Assembly: GCA_964629655.1 (NCBI GenBank)
Contig: CAZVQU010000001.1
Coordinates: 20,788 to 84,787, forward strand
From: an uncultured Planctomycetia bacterium
GTDB lineage: Bacteria; Omnitrophota; Gorgyraeia; Duberdicusellales; 4484-171
Direction of reading: 5' to 3'
Length of the DNA: 64,000 nt
Shown here: piece after piece, positions 29,797 through 39,596 of the stretch
Layout of the letters: each line of letters starts with the position of its first letter
How positions within the stretch are numbered: position 1 is the stretch's first letter
Program-made: the position numbers and the translations under genes
The notes under the pieces: model-generated
Told to the model about the DNA's origin: nothing
Database searches by the model: none
The model's input: the letters and a program-made list of their open reading frames with translations, nothing else

Positions 29797-31362
29797 TCAA
29801 TTATTATACCATTTTGGCTTTTTCAGCCTCATAAATCCGGTAAGCCCTTTATGCTTCTCTCTTCCTAAAATGGTATCCCTAATTCCCAAAAACATCATTC
29901 TCAAAGTGTTTCTAAGAAACCACCAATAAAGTCCACGTTTATGCTTATAGGCAGAAAATAACCCCCTTATGAGCCAATGAGGACGATATAAAACATAGCG
30001 TTTATTGAGTTCTATATTCAAACTAACAAAATCCTCTTTAGATAAACCAGCAAGAGAATACATTGTGGGAGTAGACCAGTCATATTTTGTAAAGTCTTTT
30101 TCTTCCAAAAGATTATTTGCTTTAGCTTCCTGGTAAAGATAAGTACCGGGAACCGGAGCAACCGGATGAAAAGCAGGGTAGTCTACATCTATCTCCACAG
30201 CATACTTTACCAAATCCAACATTGATTCTCTAGTATCAAAGGACATGCAAGTGACAAATGTTCCCTGTCTAAACACCTGAGGATATCTTTTTTTAAAAAC
30301 CGCGAAAACTTCTTTTACTAAATCGCGGGTATATCCAGACTTATTAATTTGCTTAAAATCCTCAGAACAGACTCGCTCTATGCCAATTAAAGGATGCACT
30401 AATCCTGCTCGTACCATTTTTTCTAAAATTCCTAAACGTTCATCCCTCAAGGTAAAATCGGCACGTAAAAATGCCCACCAATGCAAGTCCTTATAATTTT
30501 TCTTAAGGAGTCTTTCACAAAATTCATCTGACCATTTCGGATCTACATTAAAAGTAGGATCGGCCCAAATTATGTAGCGCCTATTATATTTATGATAAAC
30601 AATATCTACTTCCTCCAACATCCTATCCACACTCTTACTTCTATATCTCGGATTCACTTCCAAATTCCCTTTCTCTATATCTACCTTAGCTTGGCTGCCC
30701 CAGAATGTCCAAAGAGAACAAAACTTACATCTATCTATACATCCGCGAGAATGTTCAAGGGTAACACTTTGTGGCCAAAGATATCCAAAAGGAGAATATT
30801 TACCCATTGGCATAAGATCATAAGCAGGAATTGGCAACTTATCTAAATCCTCAATTAATGGCCGTAGGGGAGTTGTAACTATCTCTCCATTATTTTTGTA
30901 AGCAATCCCTTTTACCCTAGATAGATCAATTTTATGTATAAAGGCGTCAATTAATTTTACTATTGTTTCTTCTCCTTCAAACCTTACAATAATATCAATT
31001 GGAAAGTTGGATAGGCTATAATCTACCATCCAAGAGAAAAAATGACCTCCTCCAATTGTAATCACCTTTGGATTTATTTTCTTAGCCAGTCTAAACAAAC
31101 TTGCTGCTTCGTGATGATAAAGAGCTTCTTCTCCAGCTCCTACCATATCCGGCTTCTCTTGCTGTAATATCTCCCCTAAAGTCCTCCATCCTATTTTCAA
31201 TGGAGGACAATCTATAATCTTTACCTCAACCGCAGGCAATTTCGCCCTTACAGCTGCGGCTATACAAGGTAAACCTAATGGCAAAAGAAAATTATCGGAT
31301 TCGTTTATAAAAGGCCAAATATACCGCGGAGGCCTTACCAATAACATCTTTTTTATCCTCAT
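29797..31362 (-). CDS. B12-binding radical SAM protein
   Basis: 521 aa: ITIGGGHFFSWMVD...VRFEGEE plus SRGCIDRCKFC. Confidence 0.8.
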   Translation of the reverse strand: MRIKKMLLVRPPRYIWPFINESDNFLLPLGLPCIAAAVRAKLPAVEVKIIDCPPLKIGWRTLGEILQQEKPDMVGAGEEALYHHEAASLFRLAKKINPKVITIGGGHFFSWMVDYSLSNFPIDIIVRFEGEETIVKLIDAFIHKIDLSRVKGIAYKNNGEIVTTPLRPLIEDLDKLPIPAYDLMPMGKYSPFGYLWPQSVTLEHSRGCIDRCKFCSLWTFWGSQAKVDIEKGNLEVNPRYRSKSVDRMLEEVDIVYHKYNRRYIIWADPTFNVDPKWSDEFCERLLKKNYKDLHWWAFLRADFTLRDERLGILEKMVRAGLVHPLIGIERVCSEDFKQINKSGYTRDLVKEVFAVFKKRYPQVFRQGTFVTCMSFDTRESMLDLVKYAVEIDVDYPAFHPVAPVPGTYLYQEAKANNLLEEKDFTKYDWSTPTMYSLAGLSKEDFVSLNIELNKRYVLYRPHWLIRGLFSAYKHKRGLYWWFLRNTLRMMFLGIRDTILGREKHKGLTGFMRLKKPKWYNN

Positions 31363-31587
31363 TTAAAATCCTATATTTGAAGCTGTTTTTTTGTATTGCA
31401 AAATAGCGGGTTTAGAAACCTAACCTTCACTCTAAGTATTATTTATAGCATACATCTACCAAAAACTCAAGCTCTATTGGGGTAAACAGGTGGGAAACTC
31501 TCGCATTCTTAGAGAAAAACTTTATAGGAAAAGTTGTAAAAGGTGATATAGAAACATAAGGATATTTGGAATGAATACTATTTCATA

Positions 31588-33111
31588 TCAATACGACTCA
31601 TTACCTCTGCTACCGACCGGATCAAAGCCAAAAAGCTCTTCCAGACGATCAGGAATTTTTTCAGTCAGAATCACTAAAGCAGTCATGGCTAACTTTAATT
31701 TTTCAATGAAAAGTTCACAGCTTCTCCGATGGGGAACGGCTAAATCATTATTAAAATAATAATTCACGTTAAGGCAAGAACCAGTGGTACGGCATACACT
31801 AAATAAATCGCAATCACAGCAAAAATTAAACCGTCTATCTATGGCTTTAATAAACGCGTCGTGCTTAAATTTATCAATTCCTTTATGGACATTACCTAGA
31901 CTAAACCGCTCTACGCCTAAAAAGGAAGTGCAAGGATATATATTCCCATCACCAGAAACAGCAATTTGCCCCGTAGCAGCAGGGCAGCCTCCACTTACCT
32001 CATGATTATAATATAGCTTCTGCATTAGTTTAAAGAATCTGTTGAAAAACGTTTTTCGGTAATCCAGAAAACCTTCTGTAACTTGATCAATGTAGAGCAA
32101 AGCAAGCCTTTCATACTCCTTAAACAACTTTTGATATTCCTGACCGGTTTTAAAAAAAATGTCTTCTCTCTGAGGAGTAATCTTATGGCAAGCATCCTCA
32201 CTCTCAAAAAGCTCTATTCTTTCAAACCCCAAATCACGTAAATTTTTATATAACGCTACCATATCCGAAAAAAAAGGCGTCACGGTGGTTCTACCCACTA
32301 ATCGTTTTTTTACGTAATCAGGCATGTTCTTAAGATTTTTCGCTATTGTGTCAAAGCTTCCTTTACGGTTTTCATAGGGCCTATTGTTATCATGAATATT
32401 CTTAGGGCCATCAATGCTTACAGCAATCTGAACTCCGCTATCAATCAAATCTTTAGCTATCGAAGGCTTAAGCAAAGTTCCATTTGTAGCCAAGAGAAAA
32501 TGAAAACTAACACCATGATCTTTTTCTTTTTGACGGCAATAACGCACTATCTCCTTGAGAACTTCTACTTTCTCTAATGGTTCACCTCCGTAAAAATCAA
32601 CAACCAGGCGTTTTTCATCTCCACATAATTTTAGCAAAAGGTCTACTGCTTTATGCGCTGTGCCCAAAGACATATCGCTTTCCTTTTGATCACCGCTTTT
32701 AACTGAAGAAGACGACTGTTCAAAGTCGGTATTAGAATACTTACCCTGGTCATTCCAGCAATAAATACATCTAAGATTACAACCTGAGGTTATATTTAAG
32801 GTTAAATCAGTAATGTAAGAAGAAACATCTCTATCTTCCCGTGATAAATCTTTTTCTCCCCTGGGAGGAAATAGATTGCTTATGTCAGGAGGGACGGAGC
32901 ATTTTCTGGCTAATTCATTTGCGATTTCTTGGGATAGACTTTGGCTCGTAGCGTTTATGGCATTATTCCACCTGCCCAAGGCATGATAAGCCTCAGGAGA
33001 AAGGTCGTAAAAATCTCCCTTTTCGGTAGAAACACCTATGTACTGTCCTAATCGTTTAAATAAATAAACCGGGGAAGAAACTTTTTTATTGGTTTTATCT
33101 AAAAAAGGCAT
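31588..33111 (-). CDS. Radical SAM protein with C-terminal SPASM/twitch domain (AnSME-like maturase family)
   Basis: 507 aa: TSGCNLRCIYCWND (CxxxCxxC), a GGEPL SAM-binding motif, and a C-terminal Cys-rich region (GGCPAATG...YPCTSF...FCCDCDLFSVC). Confidence 0.75.
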   Translation of the reverse strand: MPFLDKTNKKVSSPVYLFKRLGQYIGVSTEKGDFYDLSPEAYHALGRWNNAINATSQSLSQEIANELARKCSVPPDISNLFPPRGEKDLSREDRDVSSYITDLTLNITSGCNLRCIYCWNDQGKYSNTDFEQSSSSVKSGDQKESDMSLGTAHKAVDLLLKLCGDEKRLVVDFYGGEPLEKVEVLKEIVRYCRQKEKDHGVSFHFLLATNGTLLKPSIAKDLIDSGVQIAVSIDGPKNIHDNNRPYENRKGSFDTIAKNLKNMPDYVKKRLVGRTTVTPFFSDMVALYKNLRDLGFERIELFESEDACHKITPQREDIFFKTGQEYQKLFKEYERLALLYIDQVTEGFLDYRKTFFNRFFKLMQKLYYNHEVSGGCPAATGQIAVSGDGNIYPCTSFLGVERFSLGNVHKGIDKFKHDAFIKAIDRRFNFCCDCDLFSVCRTTGSCLNVNYYFNNDLAVPHRRSCELFIEKLKLAMTALVILTEKIPDRLEELFGFDPVGSRGNESY

Positions 33112-33365
33112 AATGAAAGGGATCTTCCTCTAGCGAAGTTATTCTCAATCAGTGGACAAAAATGCCTACCACAATACGCGCCCTGAACGGCAATACCGCG
33201 ATAGTTTCTTTTTACTCTTTTTTGCTTTGTTTATCTTTTTCGCACGCATTTTAATCTCCCCCTTCGTTTATCTTTTCGCACGCATTTTAACTTCCAAAAG
33301 ACACAAAACGTACTGCCTGTAGAATAACACAGCATTCACCTTTGTCAAGAAATACCTTCTGGTCA
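33112..33365. promoter_or_regulatory. 254-bp intergenic region upstream (in the minus-strand sense) of the rSAM-SPASM gene, carrying a near-perfect 25-26 bp direct repeat x2
   Basis: GTTTATCTTTTTCGCACGCATTTTAA at about 33228-33253 and GTTTATCTTTTCGCACGCATTTTAA at about 33266-33290. This is the largest non-coding gap in the cluster. Confidence 0.35.
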
Positions 33366-34217
33366 TTATCGTTTCCTTTTAGAATTCCATCGGAAAATTT
33401 TGCAGATAGAAGGCTTAATTAAATTAATAAAGACTATCCGCGGAATATCATAAACCAATAAAGGCAGCACTTTCAGTAAATACCTTTTAAAACCATCATT
33501 TTTAAAAATTGAATGGAGTCGATTATGAAAACAGAAGCATTGCCTCAATCTGTTAGGTGTGCCCGAACTATTACCTGCATGATAACAGTTTACTTCCGGG
33601 ATAAACAACGCCTTCCATCCTCTTTTTTGCGCCCGCCAGGCCAAATCCACATCCTCAACTAAAAAGAAAAATCGTTCGTCGAAATAACCGGTTTCCTCTT
33701 TTAACTCTTGCAGCATCTCCCTTTTATAAAAAGCACAAGCTGAGCAGGCACCAAAAATGCTCCTTGCCTCGTTAAATTCTCCACTACCCCTTCCTCTACC
33801 GATATCATAAAACCTCCGCATCCAGGAAAGATGTATTCCACAGGAATAAACAGTTCGATTACCAAAATTTAATATTTTTGGCTGTAATATTCCTGTATTA
33901 GAAGACAGATCGTCTATTATATTTACAGCCTTTACCAGAAAATCTTCTTCCAAAACCGCATCGCAATCTAAAGCCAATAACCACTCGCCCCTTGAGACGT
34001 CAATACCCTGATTCCTCGCTCTAGAAGCACCAAGATTTTTTCTGTTTTCAATTAAACTAACCTTGGGGTATTCTTTAACCACCTCAAGTGTGCCGTCACT
34101 TGAAGCATTATCAACAACAATTACCTCGAAATCCTGATAGTCTTGACGAAATACAGAATCCAGGCAAGGCCTGATGCAATCCTTGCTATTGTAGGTTAAA
34201 ACTACTATTGAAATCAT
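33366..34217 (-). CDS. Glycosyltransferase family 2
   Basis: 283 aa: MISIVVLTYNSKDCIRPCLDSV...VVDNASSDGT, the classical GT2 N-terminus with DxD. Confidence 0.8.
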   Translation of the reverse strand: MISIVVLTYNSKDCIRPCLDSVFRQDYQDFEVIVVDNASSDGTLEVVKEYPKVSLIENRKNLGASRARNQGIDVSRGEWLLALDCDAVLEEDFLVKAVNIIDDLSSNTGILQPKILNFGNRTVYSCGIHLSWMRRFYDIGRGRGSGEFNEARSIFGACSACAFYKREMLQELKEETGYFDERFFFLVEDVDLAWRAQKRGWKALFIPEVNCYHAGNSSGTPNRLRQCFCFHNRLHSIFKNDGFKRYLLKVLPLLVYDIPRIVFINLIKPSICKIFRWNSKRKR

Positions 34218-35280
34218 TTTCTAAAATGTTGGCGAATCTCTCTCCTAAAATGTCCAAAGAATAGGTTTCTTCTGCTGTTTTACGGGCGGCTATCCCCAGA
34301 TTTTTTGTTAAATCAGGGTTTTTTATAATCTGCTCCATGTTAAAAATAAATTCATTCCTGTCGGAGGCCAAAAAACCGTTGCATCCATTTTTAATTATAT
34401 GGTTTGCCTCCCCTACACAAGATGCAATTGTCGGCTTTGCTTTGGCCATATATTCAAATAATTTAACCGGGCTTTTCGACAAATTAAAACGTGTTTTATC
34501 TAAAAGAGGTATCAGACCACAATCTACACTATCCAAATAAAAAGGAATATCGTTGTAATCAACCCATCCTTTATAAATTAAATTCTTACAGTTATAACTC
34601 TTGATTAACTTAATCAATTCCCGGCCAAAAATTCCATCTGCGGCAATAAAAAGTTTAATAAAAGGATATTTTTCGTAGAGCGCCAAAAAACACTCTATTA
34701 TAAACTTTATATACCCTATTAATTCAATTCTGTTAACTGAGCCGTGCCAGGAGAATACAAAATCATCTCTTTTTTTACCAAAAAACGGCTTAAATTTACC
34801 GGTATCTACCGCTGTCGGGATATAGTAAACCTTTCGGTTGAACTGGGAGAGATAATCTTTCAGATAATTGCTTGCCGCAATACAAAGCCTACTGCTTTTA
34901 GCAAATAGACGACTGAGACACTCGGATCTTGAACCCCATCCCTCTCTTGCCTCCCAGTCATCCATATCAAATACAAAAGGGGTGTTTCTTAATTTAGCAA
35001 CGAGCCATGCCGGAATCGTATGGTAATTGAAGCGGTTTATTACAAAAACTGAGTTTTTTGCCTCTTTTAAGAATATTCTGAATCCTTTATACGAATATTT
35101 TAATTTCCTTCCAAAGGTAAACTTAGTCTCATCCTTTCCTGACTTTGCCCCCAATCTATCCACGAAAGAGAAAACAGATGAATTAAGGCCTTTTTTTTTA
35201 AGCTTCTCTGAAAACCCCCAGCAGCGTATCCTAGCTCCCGGGTCTTTACGGCCTTCCCGGGTTATAAATAAAAATTTCAT
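34186..35280 (-). CDS. Glycosyltransferase (GT-B, family 1/4-like)
   Basis: 364 aa; overall GT-B organisation with a C-terminal SKSPVKLFEYMAKAKPTIAS region resembling the GT1 sugar-donor domain. Confidence 0.5.
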   Translation of the reverse strand: MKFLFITREGRKDPGARIRCWGFSEKLKKKGLNSSVFSFVDRLGAKSGKDETKFTFGRKLKYSYKGFRIFLKEAKNSVFVINRFNYHTIPAWLVAKLRNTPFVFDMDDWEAREGWGSRSECLSRLFAKSSRLCIAASNYLKDYLSQFNRKVYYIPTAVDTGKFKPFFGKKRDDFVFSWHGSVNRIELIGYIKFIIECFLALYEKYPFIKLFIAADGIFGRELIKLIKSYNCKNLIYKGWVDYNDIPFYLDSVDCGLIPLLDKTRFNLSKSPVKLFEYMAKAKPTIASCVGEANHIIKNGCNGFLASDRNEFIFNMEQIIKNPDLTKNLGIAARKTAEETYSLDILGERFANILENDFNSSFNLQ

Positions 35281-36440
35281 TTTAATATTTTCTCATAAGC
35301 ACAAAGCAGAGAGTCAGCAGTGTAATTCCAGTTGTATTTTTCCTTAATCCTGGCTCTTGCGCCATTAGATAATCTTTCTCTTAAATCCGTATCCCTAATC
35401 AATCTTGAAATACCTTCAGCTAAAGAATGAAAATCTCCTTCCTTGGTCAAAACCGCACAACCGCCAGCCATACTCCGCACTTCCCCCACAAGGCTTGCAA
35501 CCACGGGCTTACCGCTTGCCAAATATTCCACGATTTTTAAGGGACTTTTGCAACAGCTAACCTTAGTTTCTTTAAACGGCGCAACACAAATATCAGCAGC
35601 AGCAATATAATAAGGTATATTTTTATGAGCAATAGCTCCAGTAAAAATGATTTTTTTTCTCAAGCCTAAATCAAAAGCTAGTTTCTTTAGCCTCTGTTCT
35701 AAAAACCCTTCTCCGACAATCATAAACAAAACATTTTGATGTTTACGGAGAACTCTACCCGCCGCTTTAATAAATAAATCGGCATATTGAGCTCCATGGA
35801 GCTGTCCTATATATAGTACCAGATCTCCCTTTATATTATACTTTTCCTTAATTCGGCTTCCGTCTAAGCCAGGCTTGAATTTCTCTAGATCCGCACCTAC
35901 CGGTGTCTCAAAAATAAAATCTTCTTTTACCCCGAATTTACGAGTTAATTTTTTTAAATAGCTGCTTGCGCAGGAAACAGAATCGGCTAAAACAGGAAGC
36001 CACCTTTCTAAAACCTTAAAAGAAATCCCTATAAACCTTGAATGCAAGCCTCTACCACAAGACTCATACCATATTTTTTCTTCCCAATCATCCCAATCGT
36101 AATGAAGCGGTTTTTTAGCAATATAGGCTGCGATTGCCGCAGGGACAGCCGCATAATGATGGCACTTCTGAAAATGAACTATATCCGCCCACCGGCATAA
36201 CTCTATAAGTTTTTTTGTATTTTTAATAATCGCAATAGGCGACGGCATCCTGTCTAATGGAATTAATTCTATGGTATCTACATTTTTAGATAAGTGTTTC
36301 TCGTCTAAAGCTAAAGGAAAGTAGCACAGCTTGACCTTGTGTCCCTTTTTTATAAATTCATTGGCAATACTTTTAATCCTTATAGTCCATGGTTCGGATT
36401 TATCAAATAAATCATGAGGATGAATCATTAAAATATCCAT
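35277..36440 (-). CDS. Glycosyltransferase family 4
   Basis: 387 aa with a C-terminal CKSPLKIVEYLASGKPVVAS motif typical of GT4. Confidence 0.7.
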   Translation of the reverse strand: MDILMIHPHDLFDKSEPWTIRIKSIANEFIKKGHKVKLCYFPLALDEKHLSKNVDTIELIPLDRMPSPIAIIKNTKKLIELCRWADIVHFQKCHHYAAVPAAIAAYIAKKPLHYDWDDWEEKIWYESCGRGLHSRFIGISFKVLERWLPVLADSVSCASSYLKKLTRKFGVKEDFIFETPVGADLEKFKPGLDGSRIKEKYNIKGDLVLYIGQLHGAQYADLFIKAAGRVLRKHQNVLFMIVGEGFLEQRLKKLAFDLGLRKKIIFTGAIAHKNIPYYIAAADICVAPFKETKVSCCKSPLKIVEYLASGKPVVASLVGEVRSMAGGCAVLTKEGDFHSLAEGISRLIRDTDLRERLSNGARARIKEKYNWNYTADSLLCAYEKILK

Positions 36441-36654
36441 ATATCAAGTACTCTCTAATCAGCTTGGATAATTTTCCTTAAACGGATAGGCTGGCCCTAT
36501 CCCGATGCGATAGACACTTTAAAGCAAAGAATTCTTATATCAGAAAACTCTTTAGACTACGGTTTAGGTATATTCTCAGGAGTAAAAAGGAAAAAAGAAC
36601 ACTACGCTTTTCTTCCTTTATGCTTTTTTAGATACTTTAAATATTAAATAGAAT

Positions 36655-37065
36655 TTATCTTGTCCTTAATTTACCTCTTAGAATGTCTTTTATCTCCAGG
36701 ATTAACTTCTCCTTGTCAGAATCTAGATGTTCTTCGAGCTTCGGCGGTAACGCGGCAAATACATCCTCGGCATCAATATGATTTTCAAATTTTTCATAGG
36801 CTAAGCTCATGGTTTTGGCTACAATTTCAGCAAGACTCGGCAATAAATAATCTCTGATTTCCTGATCACTTAATTCAAATAGGGGGAACTCTTGAGGGTA
36901 CATAACTTCATTCATAGCATCCTGAAAGGCATCGATGATCTCTCTTTCACTAACAGCCTGGGCATACCCCTTAGGTCCAACCAGACAAATTAGCCCTACA
37001 ATAACTATCCCCAGCATCACCTTTCTGTTTAATTTAAACATTTTCCACCTCCCTTTTTTTGCCAT
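36655..37065 (-). CDS. Small exported or membrane-anchored protein, unknown function
   Basis: 136 aa with an N-terminal hydrophobic segment (VMLGIVIVGLICLVGPKGYAQA) and an acidic remainder. Confidence 0.35.
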   Translation of the reverse strand: MAKKGRWKMFKLNRKVMLGIVIVGLICLVGPKGYAQAVSEREIIDAFQDAMNEVMYPQEFPLFELSDQEIRDYLLPSLAEIVAKTMSLAYEKFENHIDAEDVFAALPPKLEEHLDSDKEKLILEIKDILRGKLRTR

Positions 37066-39596
37066 TATCCGGATTTTCTTCCCCCCAGCAATATTCTACC
37101 TTTTATTTTCGCATAAATCCCGAAATATGCAATATAGATAAGAACATAAACAGAGACAGAAATTAAAATAATCCATTTAAATATAGAATGTTTTGTTATA
37201 ATTGCTTCCTTTCGCTGAGGTAATCCTTGCAAATCATTAATAGAATTTTTAAGCAAGTCCATTCGTTTGGATAGATTTTTACTTCTTTTTATATTCTCAA
37301 AAATGGCTTCTTTGCCTTCTCTGATGTTTGTTTCCATAACCCTTATCCCCAGACTGTAAGCCAAATTCAATAATTCACAAGCCCTCCTTTTTCTCACTTC
37401 ATAAGTATTTCCGTCGTAGGTCTCCCATAAATAATGCCAATTTTCTTTAGGTAATGGTCTCATACCAAACCTTTGTTTACCTTCTTGAAAAACTTCAGTT
37501 CCTGCAACCAGATGTAGCGTATTAATAGATTTAATAGTGTCTATGTATGCGCTATTTCTTTTGATAAAATTGCTAGTCATTTCAAAATCACGATCACCCT
37601 CGCCGGGAAAACCTATTATTACAAATATTTCAGTCTCGATACCTGCCATTTTAGCAAATCTAATATTCTTCGCGGAAATTTCTGCGGTAAACGTCTTCCT
37701 CATTAATTTGAGAACCTTGTTAGACCCAGACTCCAAACCTATCTGAAGCTTGTGGCATCCTGCCTTTCGCATTTTTTTAAAAAACTTAAAATTCATATCT
37801 TTACGCGGGGCAATCTGGCCTGTCCATCGTATCCTTAAATTATTTTCTATTATTTGACTACAAATCGCTTCTAAATTATTTAAATCGCCATTCAAAACAT
37901 TATCTGTAACTGTAAAATCACTTATACCATTTATCTCTTTGTGGTATGTCAACTCATTTACGATCCTCGTAACAGACCTTTTTCTGTAAAGAGAAAATAG
38001 ACGCCAATTCTTACAAAAAGCACATCGTGCCATGCATCCCCTAGACCACTCAACCAGAAGAGATTTATCATATAGACTCATATCAAACTCTTCATATGTA
38101 GGAAAAGGCACTTTGTCCAAAGGCGATAGAGCTGCTCTCTCTTTATAAATCCAGCTTCCATTGCTCTTCACGAAACATCCCGCTACATCCTCTATATGCT
38201 TTTTGCTCTTAAACCTGCTCACCAGATCTACCAAGGCTTCCTCTCCTTCGCCGACAACAAAAGCATCAATATAGTTATCAATATTATCCAGAAAAATCTT
38301 CCTTTGCTCAGGAGTAGAAGTGGCCGGGCCTCCTAAAACTATTCTTTTATCAGGAGCTTTGTCCTTTATTCTTTTTATGAATTCTATAGTCAGCCTTTCC
38401 TTTGGGTCAATTACAGAAAACCCTAAAATATCACAATTATACGATAGAATATTATCTACCGAATTTTCAATATCTTCTTTGAATATTTCGAGAATTAACG
38501 AAAACGTATTCTCATTAGACCAAAAGTTTTTGTTCTCCGCATGCCAAAGCATCTTAAAGTCTGGATGGTTCAAATAAAAACTTTTATTTAAATCCATTAC
38601 ATTAGCACTTACACCCTTATCACGTAAATAGGCATTTAAATACCCTACTCCTATATGAGGGCTCTCCTGAGCCCAAGGAGGAAGGTTGATAAGAAGAAAA
38701 TCGCCATTGGATTTTATCTTTTCTTCAAGTACTGCCTCTTCACATTTTCTGCACAAAAATTCTTCCGGCATACCTCTTTTGCCGGAAATCATTGTCCATG
38801 TCTGTTCTCTACTCCCCTGCCAAACATTATGGATAGTTTCATCATTCAAATCCCCTAAGATTACGTCTCTTCTCCAATCCATACAGCACAATATAACTTT
38901 TCCATCTTCAACGATATGAATCATCTCATCAGCCCATATTGAATTACATCCGATAACTTTTTCTTTATGATAAACTTTCGGTAAATTGATTACATTACCC
39001 CCGCGAGAAACAGGCCCGTCAAAATGACTAATTTGCTCTACCCCCTTATCTTTCCAAAAGCTTACCGTTTCCTCCTTCTCTTCCAAAGTTAAATATTGGT
39101 GCTTTAGAAAAGTAATCATTAAATAATTTTTTATATCTTTATTTTGTTTCACTTTATCTATAAATTTGCTTATTCTTTCCATAGCTATTTCATAGGGTAT
39201 TTGCATCGATTTCTCAATTGTTTCTCTTCTTACACCATGAAAACTTATTCCTATCCAGTCAAGTTTCGAACCAATTAGCTTTTCGCTAATTTCTTCAGTC
39301 AATAAAGCTCCATTGGTGATAATATGAACAGCCGCCTGAGGTACTTTCTCCTTAGCGTAATTTATCCTCTCTACCAAAAAGGGATCAGTTAAAGGTTCGT
39401 TATTCATGTAAAGAATAATTCTTTCAACACCCCCATATCCACTGGTTTCATCGATAATTTTCCTATATAATTCCATATCCATGATTTTAGATGGAAATAA
39501 ATCCTTGATTTCATTGTGCGGACAAAATACGCAAGAAGCGTTACATAGAGAGGTAGTCTGAATTGATAAATACTTCGGGAAAATTATTTTATTCAT
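37065..39596 (-). CDS. Fusion protein: N-terminal radical SAM/SPASM module plus B12-binding radical SAM module, with a C-terminal TM helix
   Basis: 843 aa. Module 1: SIQTTSLCNASCVFC, GGNV, CCMDW (SPASM-like). Module 2: B12 domain (RIVLGGPATSTPEQ...FVVGEGEE) plus SRGCMARCAFC. Ends with a hydrophobic helix, WIILISVSVYVLIYIAYFGIY. Confidence 0.75.
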   Translation of the reverse strand: MNKIIFPKYLSIQTTSLCNASCVFCPHNEIKDLFPSKIMDMELYRKIIDETSGYGGVERIILYMNNEPLTDPFLVERINYAKEKVPQAAVHIITNGALLTEEISEKLIGSKLDWIGISFHGVRRETIEKSMQIPYEIAMERISKFIDKVKQNKDIKNYLMITFLKHQYLTLEEKEETVSFWKDKGVEQISHFDGPVSRGGNVINLPKVYHKEKVIGCNSIWADEMIHIVEDGKVILCCMDWRRDVILGDLNDETIHNVWQGSREQTWTMISGKRGMPEEFLCRKCEEAVLEEKIKSNGDFLLINLPPWAQESPHIGVGYLNAYLRDKGVSANVMDLNKSFYLNHPDFKMLWHAENKNFWSNENTFSLILEIFKEDIENSVDNILSYNCDILGFSVIDPKERLTIEFIKRIKDKAPDKRIVLGGPATSTPEQRKIFLDNIDNYIDAFVVGEGEEALVDLVSRFKSKKHIEDVAGCFVKSNGSWIYKERAALSPLDKVPFPTYEEFDMSLYDKSLLVEWSRGCMARCAFCKNWRLFSLYRKRSVTRIVNELTYHKEINGISDFTVTDNVLNGDLNNLEAICSQIIENNLRIRWTGQIAPRKDMNFKFFKKMRKAGCHKLQIGLESGSNKVLKLMRKTFTAEISAKNIRFAKMAGIETEIFVIIGFPGEGDRDFEMTSNFIKRNSAYIDTIKSINTLHLVAGTEVFQEGKQRFGMRPLPKENWHYLWETYDGNTYEVRKRRACELLNLAYSLGIRVMETNIREGKEAIFENIKRSKNLSKRMDLLKNSINDLQGLPQRKEAIITKHSIFKWIILISVSVYVLIYIAYFGIYAKIKGRILLGGRKSG

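Noticed and set aside
33228-33290. Possible CRISPR array
   Set aside because: There are only two repeat copies, no regular spacer series and no cas genes anywhere in the window. It is better explained as a regulatory direct repeat.
36441-36654. Rho-independent terminator at the GGATAGGCTGGCCCTATCC hairpin (about 36484-36502)
   Set aside because: The 7-bp stem is present, but on the transcribed (minus) strand it is not followed by a convincing U-run, so it is too weak to call.
31363-37065. RiPP (ribosomal peptide) system: precursor peptide for the rSAM-SPASM and B12-rSAM enzymes
   Set aside because: I looked for short Cys/Ser/Thr-rich or repeat-containing ORFs next to the rSAM genes. The only small ORF (36655..37065) is a signal-peptide-bearing acidic protein with no core-peptide features. 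No leader-peptide-binding, peptidase or exporter genes of RiPP type were seen, and the Wzm/Wzt and GT context favours a glycan substrate. A missed small ORF shorter than 60 aa cannot be excluded.
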